Assembly (NCBI GenBank): GCA_030650025.1
Contig: JAUSEN010000009.1
Location: 93,144 to 157,143 of the forward strand
Source: Candidatus Magasanikiibacteriota bacterium
Lineage (GTDB): Bacteria > Patescibacteriota > Patescibacteriia > Magasanikbacterales > GWA2-37-8
Direction of reading: 5' to 3'
DNA length: 64,000 nt
The notes beneath the pieces are model-generated. The model searched no databases. It was given only the letters and a program-made list of their open reading frames with translations, and was not told the origin of the DNA. The first letter of the stretch is position 1, and the number at the start of each line of letters is the position of its first letter. A program made the translations under genes and the position numbers. Below are positions 46,955-56,285 of this stretch, one piece after another.

Positions 46955-47611
46955 TTAGCCAATTTTTTTATTCCACCAAACCAGACCGGTTGCCAACAGC
47001 ATTCCCCCAAGCGCTCCCAGTATCAAATCCTTCATCGTGTCCCACACGCTGGGTTGAAAGACAGTGCCGCGCAGAGTGTCGCTCAAAAATTCGTAGCCTT
47101 CCCAAAGCACTGTCACAGCCATTACACTTACTAAAATTATTAAAATTCGGACCAGAGAATTTTTTATTTCCAATAATTTTGCTCGCTCTAGTATTTTTAT
47201 AAAAATAAACATTGCCATGGCCACGCTCGCGCCGCCAAAAAAATGTAGTGGTGTATCTAGTTGATAATACAGAGCCCACTCTGGCCACAGGCCATAAACC
47301 GTGGTGCTCAAGATATAAATAAACCAAGGCGGCAAAGTTATTAAAAATAATTCCCGCCAATAAATAAAGGGCGCAATTTTTATGAGGGGAGTAAACCGCG
47401 CCACTGTTTTGCCATTTTGCTCCACTGTTTCTAAAAATACGCTAAGCGGCCTAGTCCAGAGCGAGCCTTTAGGGAAAAATTTTTCTTCGTGTGTTTTATC
47501 TTGAAGTGATTTGTATAGCACGACGTCTTCTCCGGTCGCTTCCACTTTCCCAACCCCAATCACCTCACAGCGCCCGCCCTTAAAGTGTTGGTAAATTCCC
47601 AGTTGCATTGG
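46955..47611 (-). CDS. DUF-type N-terminal domain fused to a membrane domain, hypothetical
   Basis: MQLGIYQHFKGGRCEVIGVG... The track start at 47692 overlaps hicA, so the internal Met at 47611 is more likely. Confidence 0.45.
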   Translation of the reverse strand, partial: PMQLGIYQHFKGGRCEVIGVGKVEATGEDVVLYKSLQDKTHEEKFFPKGSLWTRPLSVFLETVEQNGKTVARFTPLIKIAPFIYWRELFLITLPPWFIYILSTTVYGLWPEWALYYQLDTPLHFFGGASVAMAMFIFIKILERAKLLEIKNSLVRILIILVSVMAVTVLWEGYEFLSDTLRGTVFQPSVWDTMKDLILGALGGMLLATGLVWWNKKIG

Positions 47612-47615
47612 TTGT

Positions 47616-47837
47616 TTATAATTTATTAAATTCTTCAATATCCAGACGCATTTCTTTGATAAGTTTGTGCAAGAGGCCAGTCGGAATATCACGTGAATGT
47701 TTGTGAGGCACTGGAATCGTGATTTGTTTTAGCGGATGAAATTAAATAGTATGTTTATTTTTGCGAATTGGAATGTAGCCAGCGCGCTGAATTTTTTTGG
47801 CGAATTCAGTATAGCGTATAGGTTTTAATTTAGGCAA
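47616..47837 (-). pseudogene. hicA: hicA toxin gene interrupted by an in-frame TAA stop at codon 32
   Basis: The N-terminal part (M)PKLKPIRYTEFAKKIQRAGYIPIRKNKHTI matches the HicA N-terminus. After the TAA at 47742-47744 the same frame continues as FHPLKQITIPVPHKHSRDIPTGLLHKLIKEMRLDIEEFNKL, matching the HicA C-terminus. The TTG start overlaps the hicB stop. Confidence 0.65.
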
Positions 47838-48084
47838 AATCCGGTATGCGCACGAAAGAAAATTTTCGAGCTATAGTAGGGGTAATGGTTTCTTGCGGCA
47901 GTGTCTGATTAAAATCTTTAATTACCTCAAGGCACTCTTTAATCGCCGCATAGATATTTTTGTGTGCTACAGTGAGGGTTTTACCATATACCGCACAACC
48001 AGGTATGGCCGGCACGGCAGCAATATAACCGCCTTTTTTATCCCATTCGTACGTTATATAATATTGGTTAGTAGAAGGCTTCAT
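47830..48084 (-). CDS. hicB: HicB-family antitoxin
   Basis: YEWDKKGGYIAAVPAIPGCAVYGKTLTVAHKNIYAAIKECLEV is a typical HicB/UPF0150 sequence. Confidence 0.8.
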   Translation of the reverse strand: MKPSTNQYYITYEWDKKGGYIAAVPAIPGCAVYGKTLTVAHKNIYAAIKECLEVIKDFNQTLPQETITPTIARKFSFVRIPDFA

Positions 48085-48092
48085 ATATCAGC

Positions 48093-48153
48093 AGTATAGA
48101 TAAAAAATATTTGCTTGTCAAATCAAAAATTTGACATGTCAAAAATTTGACAT
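48093..48153 (-). promoter_or_regulatory. hicB promoter TTGACA-17-TATACT with two copies of the operator palindrome ATGTCAAA-N2-TTTGACAT
   Basis: Exact hexamers. The direct repeat caaaaatttgacat occurs twice (48124..48137 and 48140..48153), forming overlapping inverted repeats. Confidence 0.65.
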
Positions 48154-48164
48154 TTTCCTCGTTG

Positions 48165-48248
48165 TGCCGCGGGAGAGAATCGAACTCTCATGACCTTGCG
48201 GTCGCTGGATTTTGAGTCCAGTTCGTCTACCAGTTCCGACACCGCGGC
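48165..48248 (-). tRNA. tRNA-Leu (anticodon CAA)
   Basis: It folds as GCCGCGG/CCGCGGC acceptor, a 3-bp D stem, anticodon arm CTGGA-CTCAAAA-TCCAG, a long variable arm GACCGCAAGGTC and T-arm GAGAG-TTCGATT-CTCTC. The discriminator is A. Confidence 0.85.
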
Positions 48249-48439
48249 CTAAAAACTAGTTTAAATTATAGCAAATCTTCGCTTCTTGTCAACCCTGCAC
48301 CAAGCCCTGTCACATATTTTTAATTTAAAAAAAATTTAGCCGTTAGGCAGTGTTGCTTTATTTGTTTTGTTATAAATAAAATTTAATTTAGGATTTGGTG
48401 CAGGGTCAATCCTGTGATATAATAATGACAGATACAGTT

Positions 48440-49210
48440 ATGTCTGTCATTATTTCGGTCGTCAACCAAAAAGGCGGGGTGGGTAAAACCACCACTGCCG
48501 TAAACCTGGCCGCGGCGCTTTCTGAAGCGGGCAAATTTGTGTTACTCGTTGACCTTGACCCGCAAGGCAACGCTTCTTCCGGTCTTGGCCTTAAACCCGA
48601 AGGGGTTATCAAGAGTTTGTATCACGCCATCATGGGTAGCCAACGGCTCCACGATGTAGTGCAAAATACGCCACACGCCGGCCTCCGTCTCGCGCCCGGC
48701 ACGCCGGATTTGGCTGGAGCCAACGTGGAGTTAGTAAATATGGAGGGGCGGGAGGGGAAATTAGCGGACATTTTAAGCGAAGTAAAACACGCTTACGATT
48801 ATATTATTATAGATTCTCCGCCATCGCTTGGCCTCCTCACCTTGAATGGCCTGGTCGCGGCCGACCATTTACTTATTCCCGTTCAAGCCGAGTATTACGC
48901 GCTCGAAGGCCTCGGCCAACTGCTTAAAACTATCGAACTTGTGCGCGCCAATTTAAAACCTAATTTAAAAGTTTTGGGCGCTGTCTTAACCATGTTTGAC
49001 GCTCGTACCAAACTCTCGACCGAAGTTATGCACGAGCTATATAAATATTTTCCTAATAATATTTTTCGTTCGGTTATTCCGCGCGCTGTGCGTTTGGCCG
49101 AAGCCCCGAGTTTTGGCCAGAGTATTTTTCATTACGAACCAGGCGGCAAAGGCGCCCGCGCCTACGAAAAATTGGGAAGAGAATTATTAGAGTATTTTGA
49201 AAGATCATAA
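48440..49210 (+). CDS. parA: chromosome partitioning ATPase ParA/Soj
   Basis: Deviant Walker A NQKGGVGKTTTAVN. The probable start is MSVIISV. The start lies inside the 12-bp inverted repeat aataatgacaga...tctgtcattatt (48421..48454). Confidence 0.9.
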   Translation: MSVIISVVNQKGGVGKTTTAVNLAAALSEAGKFVLLVDLDPQGNASSGLGLKPEGVIKSLYHAIMGSQRLHDVVQNTPHAGLRLAPGTPDLAGANVELVNMEGREGKLADILSEVKHAYDYIIIDSPPSLGLLTLNGLVAADHLLIPVQAEYYALEGLGQLLKTIELVRANLKPNLKVLGAVLTMFDARTKLSTEVMHELYKYFPNNIFRSVIPRAVRLAEAPSFGQSIFHYEPGGKGARAYEKLGRELLEYFERS

Positions 49211-49213
49211 TAG

Positions 49214-49312
49214 CTGGCAAAGCTAGTGTTTCCGAGCGGGTTTGACCCGCCCAGGGCGGGTCACCCCGAGGCCTCGCGGCCGAGGAAAGCGAGGAGACGC
49301 TAGCTTTGCCAG
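49214..49312. repeat. 99-nt GC-rich element with 13-bp terminal inverted repeats ctggcaaagctag...ctagctttgccag, between parA and parB
   Basis: The interior is about 70% GC with nested hairpins (gacccgcc-cag-ggcgggtc). It is unlike canonical parS. Confidence 0.65.
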
Positions 49313-49330
49313 ATTAATAAAAAAAATTTT

Positions 49331-50182
49331 ATGCCTCTAGGAAAAGGGCTTGGCGCCTTGATTGGCCCGAGTAGCCGCAAAACAACTGTGTTACAAACCG
49401 GTTCGGGCGCCGCGGGTCTGGATAAATTGTGGTTAGTGCCGCTTAGCGAAATCACCGCGAATCCAAATCAACCCCGCAAAAACTTCGCTCCCGCCGAACT
49501 CGAGGAATTAGCCGCGTCTATCAAAGAACACGGCATACTTCAGCCGCTTTTAGTTTCCGAAAAATCCGATGGCGGTTATGAGTTAATTGCCGGCGAGCGG
49601 CGTTTGCGCGCGGCTCGGCGCGCTGGCCTCACCAGTGTCCCCGTTATTGTAAAAAAATATTCAGACGAAACCAAACTCTCCATTTCTTTAATCGAGAATA
49701 TCCAGCGGGCCGATTTAAATCCAATCGAAGAAGCTTTTGCTTACAAGCGCTTGATAGAAGAATTTGGTTTGACCCAAGAAGCGGTGGCGAGTAAAGTCGG
49801 CAAAAGTCGCCCGTCGGTTGCTAACATGATCCGGTTGCTGGAACTGCCGAACGAAGTTCAGCAAGCTTTGATTGACGGCAAAATTTCCACGGGTCAGGCC
49901 CGGGCGGTTTTAAGTATTGGCGACAAAAAAGCCCAGCTCGATATTTTAGCCTCCATGCTCGGCAGTAAAATTACGGTGCGCGAGTTAGAGAGAACCGCGA
50001 CCGCCCAAAATCCCAGCCGGGCGCGCGGGCGGGATCCGAACCTTAATTATCTAGAAGAAAAACTTCGCGCCGCGCTTGGCACCAAAGTAACCATCTCACA
50101 AAAAGGCGAGCGCGGGGCTGTTGTCATCGATTATTTTTCTAAAGAAGAGCTGGCCCGCATCATTAAAAAAATTGCTCCCTAA
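49331..50182 (+). CDS. parB: chromosome partitioning protein ParB/Spo0J
   Basis: ParB box GERRLRAARRAGL plus an HTH. Confidence 0.9.
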   Translation: MPLGKGLGALIGPSSRKTTVLQTGSGAAGLDKLWLVPLSEITANPNQPRKNFAPAELEELAASIKEHGILQPLLVSEKSDGGYELIAGERRLRAARRAGLTSVPVIVKKYSDETKLSISLIENIQRADLNPIEEAFAYKRLIEEFGLTQEAVASKVGKSRPSVANMIRLLELPNEVQQALIDGKISTGQARAVLSIGDKKAQLDILASMLGSKITVRELERTATAQNPSRARGRDPNLNYLEEKLRAALGTKVTISQKGERGAVVIDYFSKEELARIIKKIAP

Positions 50183-51705
50183 ATTCGCTGTTTTCTTTTG
50201 GGCAGGACAAACTTCAGCCAGGAATCATGCTCGGCTGTCTTAAGCGCGTTCTTAATATGATTTCTGGCCAAATGGGTTTTCACAAATTTAATCCAGTCTT
50301 GGCTTGGAGTTTTGCGGTTTTTATCAATAATAATTTCAATAACGTCGCCGCTTTTGAGCGGGGTGCTTAAACTGGCCAGGGAGTCGTTAATTTTAACGCC
50401 ACTGCAACGATTGCCAATTTCGGTATGAATGTGGTAAGCAAAATCAACCGGTGTCGCGTCCTCCGGTAAATCAATCACGTCACCCTTAGGCGTAAACACA
50501 AAAATGCGATTTTTAAAAAAATCAATTTTTAACTGTTCCAGGTCGCCCACATTATTGAGCACTTCTTTTTGAATGGCGGCCAAGTCCTCGGCCCAGCGAA
50601 TATTTTTCGCCGGCTGTTTAATTCCAAATTCATCATAGTGCCAATGCGCCGCCACGCCAAACTCGGCGTCATTATGCATTTCTTGGGTGCGAATTTGAAA
50701 TTCCACAATTTTACCCTCGTCGTAAAACACCGTGGTATGGAGCGACTGATACCCGTTGGGTTTGGGTTGGGCGATGTAGTCTTTAATCCGGCCTTTCAAG
50801 GGGCGCCAGAGTTTGTGAATGATGCCAAGCGTGGCGTAGCAATCGCTCACGTCCTTTAATATAACGCGGAGGGCTATAACGTCATAAACTTTGTCCGAAT
50901 CCCAGCCTTTGCGCAGTAGTTTTTGGTAAAAACTGTAAAGTTGTTTGCGGCGGCCATGCAAGTCTATTAATTTTACTTGCGATTCCTTCAACTCTTTGCG
51001 GAGCATGGTGAGAATTTTTTCAATCAAGGTTTCGCCTTCAGTAAACATCCGGTCTTGGATTTCTTTAACTTTTTGGTATTCTTTCGGGAAGACGTATGGA
51101 AACGACAGGTCTTCGAGCAAGCCGCGAAATTCGCCCATCCCCAGGCGGTTAGCGATGGGCGCGTATATCTCCAAACTCTCTAAGGCAATTCGGTATCGTT
51201 TGTCCTCGGGCAAGGCCGAGAGAGTGGTGAGGTTGTGGACGCGATCCGCGAATTTAATAATCATGACGCGGACATCCTCGGCCATAGCCACGAACATTTT
51301 GCGCAGGTTCTCCATATAGCGCTCCATACCGCGGTATTTTAATTTACCGAGTTTAGTGATGCCGCTCACCATGCCCGCGATATCTTTACCAAAATCTTTT
51401 TCAATTTCTTCGATAGTAACATTAGTATCCTCGGGCACATCATGGAGCAAGGCCGCGGCTACCAGTTGCACATCGAGGCGCATGCCAGCCAGTATGTAAG
51501 CCGCCGCTAGGGGGTGGATAATATAGGGGGCCCCCGAAACTCGCTTTTGCTCGGCATGAGCCGCTTTGGCTGTTTCATAAGCTAACCAAATAAGGTCTAA
51601 ATCCTTATGGGTAGAGTACTTTTTGACCTTTTCAACCAGGTCATTTATGCTTAAATTGTCGGGGATTTTTAGCCTATCAGGCATATTATGCTTTAGTTTA
51701 GTCAT
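50179..51705 (-). CDS. relA: bifunctional (p)ppGpp synthetase/hydrolase Rel (HD, synthetase and TGS domains)
   Basis: HD motif HDVPEDT, synthetase region ...YQSLHTTV and TGS domain. The likely start is MTKLKHNMPD. The track start at 51732 is a TTG inside the promoter palindrome. Confidence 0.85.
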   Translation of the reverse strand: MTKLKHNMPDRLKIPDNLSINDLVEKVKKYSTHKDLDLIWLAYETAKAAHAEQKRVSGAPYIIHPLAAAYILAGMRLDVQLVAAALLHDVPEDTNVTIEEIEKDFGKDIAGMVSGITKLGKLKYRGMERYMENLRKMFVAMAEDVRVMIIKFADRVHNLTTLSALPEDKRYRIALESLEIYAPIANRLGMGEFRGLLEDLSFPYVFPKEYQKVKEIQDRMFTEGETLIEKILTMLRKELKESQVKLIDLHGRRKQLYSFYQKLLRKGWDSDKVYDVIALRVILKDVSDCYATLGIIHKLWRPLKGRIKDYIAQPKPNGYQSLHTTVFYDEGKIVEFQIRTQEMHNDAEFGVAAHWHYDEFGIKQPAKNIRWAEDLAAIQKEVLNNVGDLEQLKIDFFKNRIFVFTPKGDVIDLPEDATPVDFAYHIHTEIGNRCSGVKINDSLASLSTPLKSGDVIEIIIDKNRKTPSQDWIKFVKTHLARNHIKNALKTAEHDSWLKFVLPKRKQRI

Positions 51706-51725
51706 TATTCCAGATCCTGCCCCAC

Positions 51726-51754
51726 TTGACAAGCTGTCAATAGTATGGTATACT
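51726..51754 (+). promoter_or_regulatory. perfect consensus promoter TTGACA-17-TATACT pointing away from relA
   Basis: Exact hexamers. No ORF lies downstream on the plus strand. Confidence 0.6.
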
Positions 51755-51761
51755 CTTCTCG

Positions 51762-52043
51762 TGATTCTAAGACAAAACCTTAACGCGAACTCCCCCCACT
51801 AATCTTTTGAGCAGTGGGGGGTTGTTTTTGTAACTGGCCCGAAAATAACGAGCCCGCTTTAGCGGGCGAAGATATTTTCGTTGGCAGTTACAATCCGCCG
51901 CAGGCGGATACGCTTGCCAAAACAGTCGTTTTATATTAAACTCACCCCTGTAGGCGATGACGGGCCTTAGAATCACCATAGGCATTAAGGACACCCTCAT
52001 CCCTACATTAAGCACCCCTTGGGGCAACCCCAGAGGGGTTTTT
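51762..52043 (+). ncRNA. candidate structured small RNA of about 280 nt, family unknown, possibly 6S-like
   Basis: It is promoter-driven. The 5' segment gtgattctaag pairs perfectly with cttagaatcac about 205 nt downstream to form a closing stem. There are several internal hairpins and it ends in ccccagagggg plus TTTTT. Confidence 0.4.
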
Positions 52044-54261
52044 ATTTATCAGCTATATAACCGCATTCTTTGTCGCTACACTTAACCGTTTGTTTGGCGC
52101 CATAGACCAGAAGTTTGCCGCAATTCGGGCATTTGTCCCCGGTGGGTTTATCCCAGAGCGCGAAAGTGCATTTGGGGTAAGCGTTACAGCCATAAAATAA
52201 TTTACCGCGTTTGCTTTTGCGCGTCACCAAATCACCCTCGCCGCAATCCGGGCATTTGATGTTTAATTTATTTTCAATTCGTTTAATATTTTTGCAATCC
52301 GGGTAACCGCTGCACCCGAGGAATGGCCCAAACCGGCCCACGCGCCTCTGCATGGGTTTACCGCACTTCTCGCATAATTCGTCTGTTAGTTCGGCCGCGC
52401 TCCGTTCCTCGGCTTCTTTGCCAAATGGCTTCGTGTGTTTACAGTCCGGGTAGCCGCTACAAGCCAGAAATTTTCCAAACCGCCCGACTTTAATCACCAT
52501 GGGTTTCTCGCATTTTTCGCATTTCTCATCGGTTTTCTCTTCGGTTAGTTCTTTTTTATTTAACTCCTTGTCTTTTTTAATCAAGTTTTCTTTAAACGGC
52601 TTATAAAAATCCGCGATCACCGGCTGCCATTTTTTTAAACCCTCCGCGATCTCATCTAATTGATTCTCTAGCTCGGCCGTGAATTTGTAGTCCACTATAT
52701 GAGGGAAGTGTTCCACCAGAAGGTCATTGACAATATAGGCGATGTCGCTCGGGAAAAAGCGTTTTTTATCATCGCGTTCAACGTACAGGCGAGCCTCAAT
52801 CGTTGCGATAGTTGGAGCGTAAGTACTGGGGCGGCCAATGCCATATTCTTCAAGCGTTTTCACGAGCGTCGCGTCGCTGTAGCGCGCCGGCGGTTCGGTA
52901 AAATGCTGTTCGGGTTTTAGCTCACTGCAAACCGCCGCTTCGCCGTTCTCTAATTTTGGCAAAGCGTTCTCTTTGGCTTTTTCCGGGTAAAGTTTCAGCC
53001 AGCCGTCAAAAGTAATAACCTGGCCCGTGGCGCGGAAGGTGTAGTCATTACTGCTTTTAATGTCAACGCTCGTGGCATTAAGTTCGGCGGCGGCCATTTG
53101 GGTGGCCAGGGCGCGGTTCCAAATTAAATGGTAAAGCCGATGTTGGTTTTTATTTAAAAATGGTTTCACTTCCTCGGGGGCGCGGCTGGCTTCGGTGGGG
53201 CGCACCGCTTCGTGCGCTTCTTGCGCGGATTTATTTTTATTTTTATAAAAACGGGGAGCCTCGAGCGCGTAATTTTTCCCAAACGAAGTGGTAATAGTGG
53301 CTTTGGCGTCGTCTAAAAATTTTTGCGATAAATTAACCGCGTCCGTGCGCATGTAGGTAATTAAACCAACCTGCCCGCCGCTCCCGAGTTCCACGCCTTC
53401 GTAGAGTTGCTGGGCCAGCATCATGGTTTGTTTGGCCGAGAACCCGAGGCTGTTATTGGCATCTTGCTGTAAACTTGAAGTCGTGTAGGGCGGCGGGGGA
53501 GTGCGGCTGGTTTTCTTTTCTTCTAATTCCGCAATTTTATATTTAACACCAGCCAGGTCTTTAACGATGGCATCTACCTCCGCGGCATTTTTCAAATCCA
53601 TTTTGTCTAGCCTCTTGCCTTTAATCGCCGCGAGTTTAGCCGGGAAAATCTCTGTCTTATTTTTTAAAGTGGAAAATTGCCCCTCAATCGTCCAGTATTC
53701 TTCTTTATTAAAAGCTTTAATTTCGCGCTCGCGCTCTACCACGAGGCGCACCGCCACGCTTTGCACCCGGCCTGCCGACAAACCCCGCGCGACTTTCCGC
53801 CATAAAAACGGGGACATTTCATAACCGACTAGCCGGTCTAAAACGCGCCGCGCTTGCTGGGCGTCCACCAGTTTTAAATCCAGCGCCCGGGGGTGTTCGA
53901 GCGCTTCTGTTAAAGCAGTTTTAGTAATTTCATGAAACGTAATGCGTTTAGCATTCTCTGGTTTAATACCGAGCAGATACGCCAGATGGTAGGAAATGGC
54001 TTCGCCTTCGCGGTCTTGGTCCGACGCGAACAAAATCTCGCCCGCTTTGGCCGCGGCGTCTTTTAGTTCTTTAACGACCTTGATTTTGTCTTTGCTCACA
54101 ACGTACGTGGGCTCGAAACCGTGTTCAATATCGACGCCGATCTTGGACTTGGGCAAATCGCGCACATGCCCGAAAGACGACAAAACGCGGTAGTCTTTAC
54201 CGAGGAATTTTGTAATGGTTTTGGCTTTAGTGGGGGATTCGACGATGACCAAAGTTTTCAT
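52042..54261 (-). CDS. topA: DNA topoisomerase I with C-terminal zinc ribbons
   Basis: A TOPRIM N-terminus, the active-site Tyr region and three Cys4 repeats CEKCGKPM...CSGYPDCK. Confidence 0.95.
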   Translation of the reverse strand: MKTLVIVESPTKAKTITKFLGKDYRVLSSFGHVRDLPKSKIGVDIEHGFEPTYVVSKDKIKVVKELKDAAAKAGEILFASDQDREGEAISYHLAYLLGIKPENAKRITFHEITKTALTEALEHPRALDLKLVDAQQARRVLDRLVGYEMSPFLWRKVARGLSAGRVQSVAVRLVVEREREIKAFNKEEYWTIEGQFSTLKNKTEIFPAKLAAIKGKRLDKMDLKNAAEVDAIVKDLAGVKYKIAELEEKKTSRTPPPPYTTSSLQQDANNSLGFSAKQTMMLAQQLYEGVELGSGGQVGLITYMRTDAVNLSQKFLDDAKATITTSFGKNYALEAPRFYKNKNKSAQEAHEAVRPTEASRAPEEVKPFLNKNQHRLYHLIWNRALATQMAAAELNATSVDIKSSNDYTFRATGQVITFDGWLKLYPEKAKENALPKLENGEAAVCSELKPEQHFTEPPARYSDATLVKTLEEYGIGRPSTYAPTIATIEARLYVERDDKKRFFPSDIAYIVNDLLVEHFPHIVDYKFTAELENQLDEIAEGLKKWQPVIADFYKPFKENLIKKDKELNKKELTEEKTDEKCEKCEKPMVIKVGRFGKFLACSGYPDCKHTKPFGKEAEERSAAELTDELCEKCGKPMQRRVGRFGPFLGCSGYPDCKNIKRIENKLNIKCPDCGEGDLVTRKSKRGKLFYGCNAYPKCTFALWDKPTGDKCPNCGKLLVYGAKQTVKCSDKECGYIADK

Positions 54262-54329
54262 ATGCCCATACTAATAGAGATTGACAGTCGTGTCAACTAG
54301 CAGTACTATTAGATTATAAAATTAATTTT

Positions 54330-54860
54330 ATGCCAGAAGATAATTTTACTGATAAATTAGCTAGAGAAATACTTGGGGGTAGCGGGCAGAAAGACTTGCC
54401 CCCAACACCGGGGAGAGAACCATCGATTGATGCGTTAGCCTTGCAGGTAATGAAGAGAGGGCGTCGGCAAGGAGAGGTGGATAAGGCCGAGGCGCTGGCT
54501 TTGGTATTTGGCGGCAGTAACGAGTTCAGAGAGGTGCAGGAATTGCAAACCAGATTACCTGCAATTGGCGTCGCTGCGGAAGCCATTGCTACTTTGGAAC
54601 GTTACTGGAAAAACGACCCCGAGGTAATGGGTCAAGTTTTGGTTTGGCGGCAAGGGCTAATTAGAGGCGCCGCGGAGCTGCGACAAGCATCACAAAAGAT
54701 TGGCGATACACGAGGATTTTTACAAACATTACAAAATAGAGATTTTGGTGCCGCGGCCGAAACAGCCGCGGTGAGCGCTTTCGAGAGATTTCGTCAAATG
54801 GCTGATGCCATTGCCAAAGCCGCCGCGGGCGAACTCGCTCGTTTGCGGGCTTTGGAGTAA
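54330..54860 (+). CDS. hypothetical protein
   Basis: A 176 aa ORF with no motif. Confidence 0.4.
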   Translation: MPEDNFTDKLAREILGGSGQKDLPPTPGREPSIDALALQVMKRGRRQGEVDKAEALALVFGGSNEFREVQELQTRLPAIGVAAEAIATLERYWKNDPEVMGQVLVWRQGLIRGAAELRQASQKIGDTRGFLQTLQNRDFGAAAETAAVSAFERFRQMADAIAKAAAGELARLRALE

Positions 54861-54882
54861 ATTGGCCTAAGGTTTGGGTGGT

Positions 54883-56244
54883 TTAGCGGCGTTTAAAATA
54901 TGGCCGCAACTGCCCGCTTAAAAATATCGAACCCGTAGCTAGGAGCAACCCCCTGGTCTTTTTTTGTTCTGCCTTACTCCAGGCCAGAGCCTCGGCTGGT
55001 TCCAGAAAAGTTTTGATAAGGCCATTAAAAAAATTATTTTTTTTATTTTTATTTTTTTTCAAATTATTTTTAAATTTCTCGGCAATAAAACGCGGGTCCG
55101 CGGCTTTGCGGAAGGTATTGCTTGTAAACCGGGTCGCCGCGATCGTTTGGGGGTTGAGAGTCGCGAGCTGGCGTATCATGTTTTTAATATCTTTATTAGC
55201 CGCGAAGCCGGCCACCAAATGCAGAGACCCAATATTTTCTTGTGCTACTAATTTTTTTAAGGTCGTTACTGTCGAGCGCATTTTATCGGGGTTATGCGCG
55301 CCGTCCAAAATTATTAGCGGGTTTCTTGCTACCACCTCAAAACAAACCGGTAACACGATGTTTTGAAAAGCCTTAATTATTTCTGGTTCGGTTACGCCCG
55401 CGCTTTTAAGAGCCGCCCGCGCGATTAAGGCGTTATTTATTTGATGCTCTCCCGCTACGGGGAGAGTATATTTTTGGCCGTCAATGATAAAGCTACTACC
55501 TTGGCTATCACTGCTTAAAACTTTAACTCCCGCCTGGCTAATTCTGGTGAGCGACCTCGCTCCGGCGCGGCGAATCTCGCGCTCAAAAATTTTTACTAAT
55601 TTTTTGTCTTTTTCCGCGGTAAAAACTCGGGCTCCGCGCTTGATTATTCCCGCCTTCTCGTAAGCGATATCTTTCTTGGTGGGGCCGATAATATCCACGT
55701 GGTCGAGGCCAATGTTGGTGATAATGGCAATGTCTTTACGCGGTATTATATTAGTCGCGTCATAACGCCCGCCACAAGCCACTTCTAAAACCGCGAAGTC
55801 TACTTTATGCTTAGCAAAATACATGATGCCGAGCATGGTCATGATTTCGCTAAACGAAGGGACGTCATGCCGGCTGATTTCTAAAAATTTTTCCAAAGCC
55901 GGTTTAAGCTTGCTCACTAGAGCATTGAACTCATTTTTGGCCATGGCGCGGCCATTAATCTCCCAGCGCTCTTGCATTGTAGAAGGGTGAGGCGAAGTAA
56001 CGAGGCCAACCCTTTTCCCACTCTCTATAAGCCCCGCGGCCAGAAGGCGCGCCACCGAACCTTTGCCGCTCGTACCCGTGACATGGGCAAAGTGGGGTAT
56101 TTTTTTTTCCGGATTCCCCAAAATCTTCAAGAGCACCCGCATGCGCTCTAAATAAACACCCGAATGCCGCGGGTCGCTGATATATTCGCGCCGCGGCAAA
56201 TTGTTAAGAGACAAGATAAAATTGTATGCTTCGGCGTAAGTCAC
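54883..56244 (-). CDS. folC: folylpolyglutamate synthase/dihydrofolate synthase (Mur-ligase family)
   Basis: ATP site HVTGTSGKGSV. It contains an AT-rich low-complexity insert encoding KKNKNKKNNFFNG (about 55010..55070). Confidence 0.8.
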   Translation of the reverse strand: MTYAEAYNFILSLNNLPRREYISDPRHSGVYLERMRVLLKILGNPEKKIPHFAHVTGTSGKGSVARLLAAGLIESGKRVGLVTSPHPSTMQERWEINGRAMAKNEFNALVSKLKPALEKFLEISRHDVPSFSEIMTMLGIMYFAKHKVDFAVLEVACGGRYDATNIIPRKDIAIITNIGLDHVDIIGPTKKDIAYEKAGIIKRGARVFTAEKDKKLVKIFEREIRRAGARSLTRISQAGVKVLSSDSQGSSFIIDGQKYTLPVAGEHQINNALIARAALKSAGVTEPEIIKAFQNIVLPVCFEVVARNPLIILDGAHNPDKMRSTVTTLKKLVAQENIGSLHLVAGFAANKDIKNMIRQLATLNPQTIAATRFTSNTFRKAADPRFIAEKFKNNLKKNKNKKNNFFNGLIKTFLEPAEALAWSKAEQKKTRGLLLATGSIFLSGQLRPYFKRR

Positions 56245-56285
56245 AGGAAGAATTTTTTATACCGTTTGGTTTTTGTACTTTTGAA

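Noticed and set aside
51762-52043. RNase P RNA, tmRNA or SRP RNA identity for the relA-topA intergenic RNA
   Set aside because: It contains no GGUAAGAGCGCACC or AGGAAAGUCCGGGC RNase P signatures, no GGGG start with a CCA tail for tmRNA, and no SRP domain IV motif. Its size is also smaller than bacterial RNase P RNA, so it is left as unknown or 6S-like.
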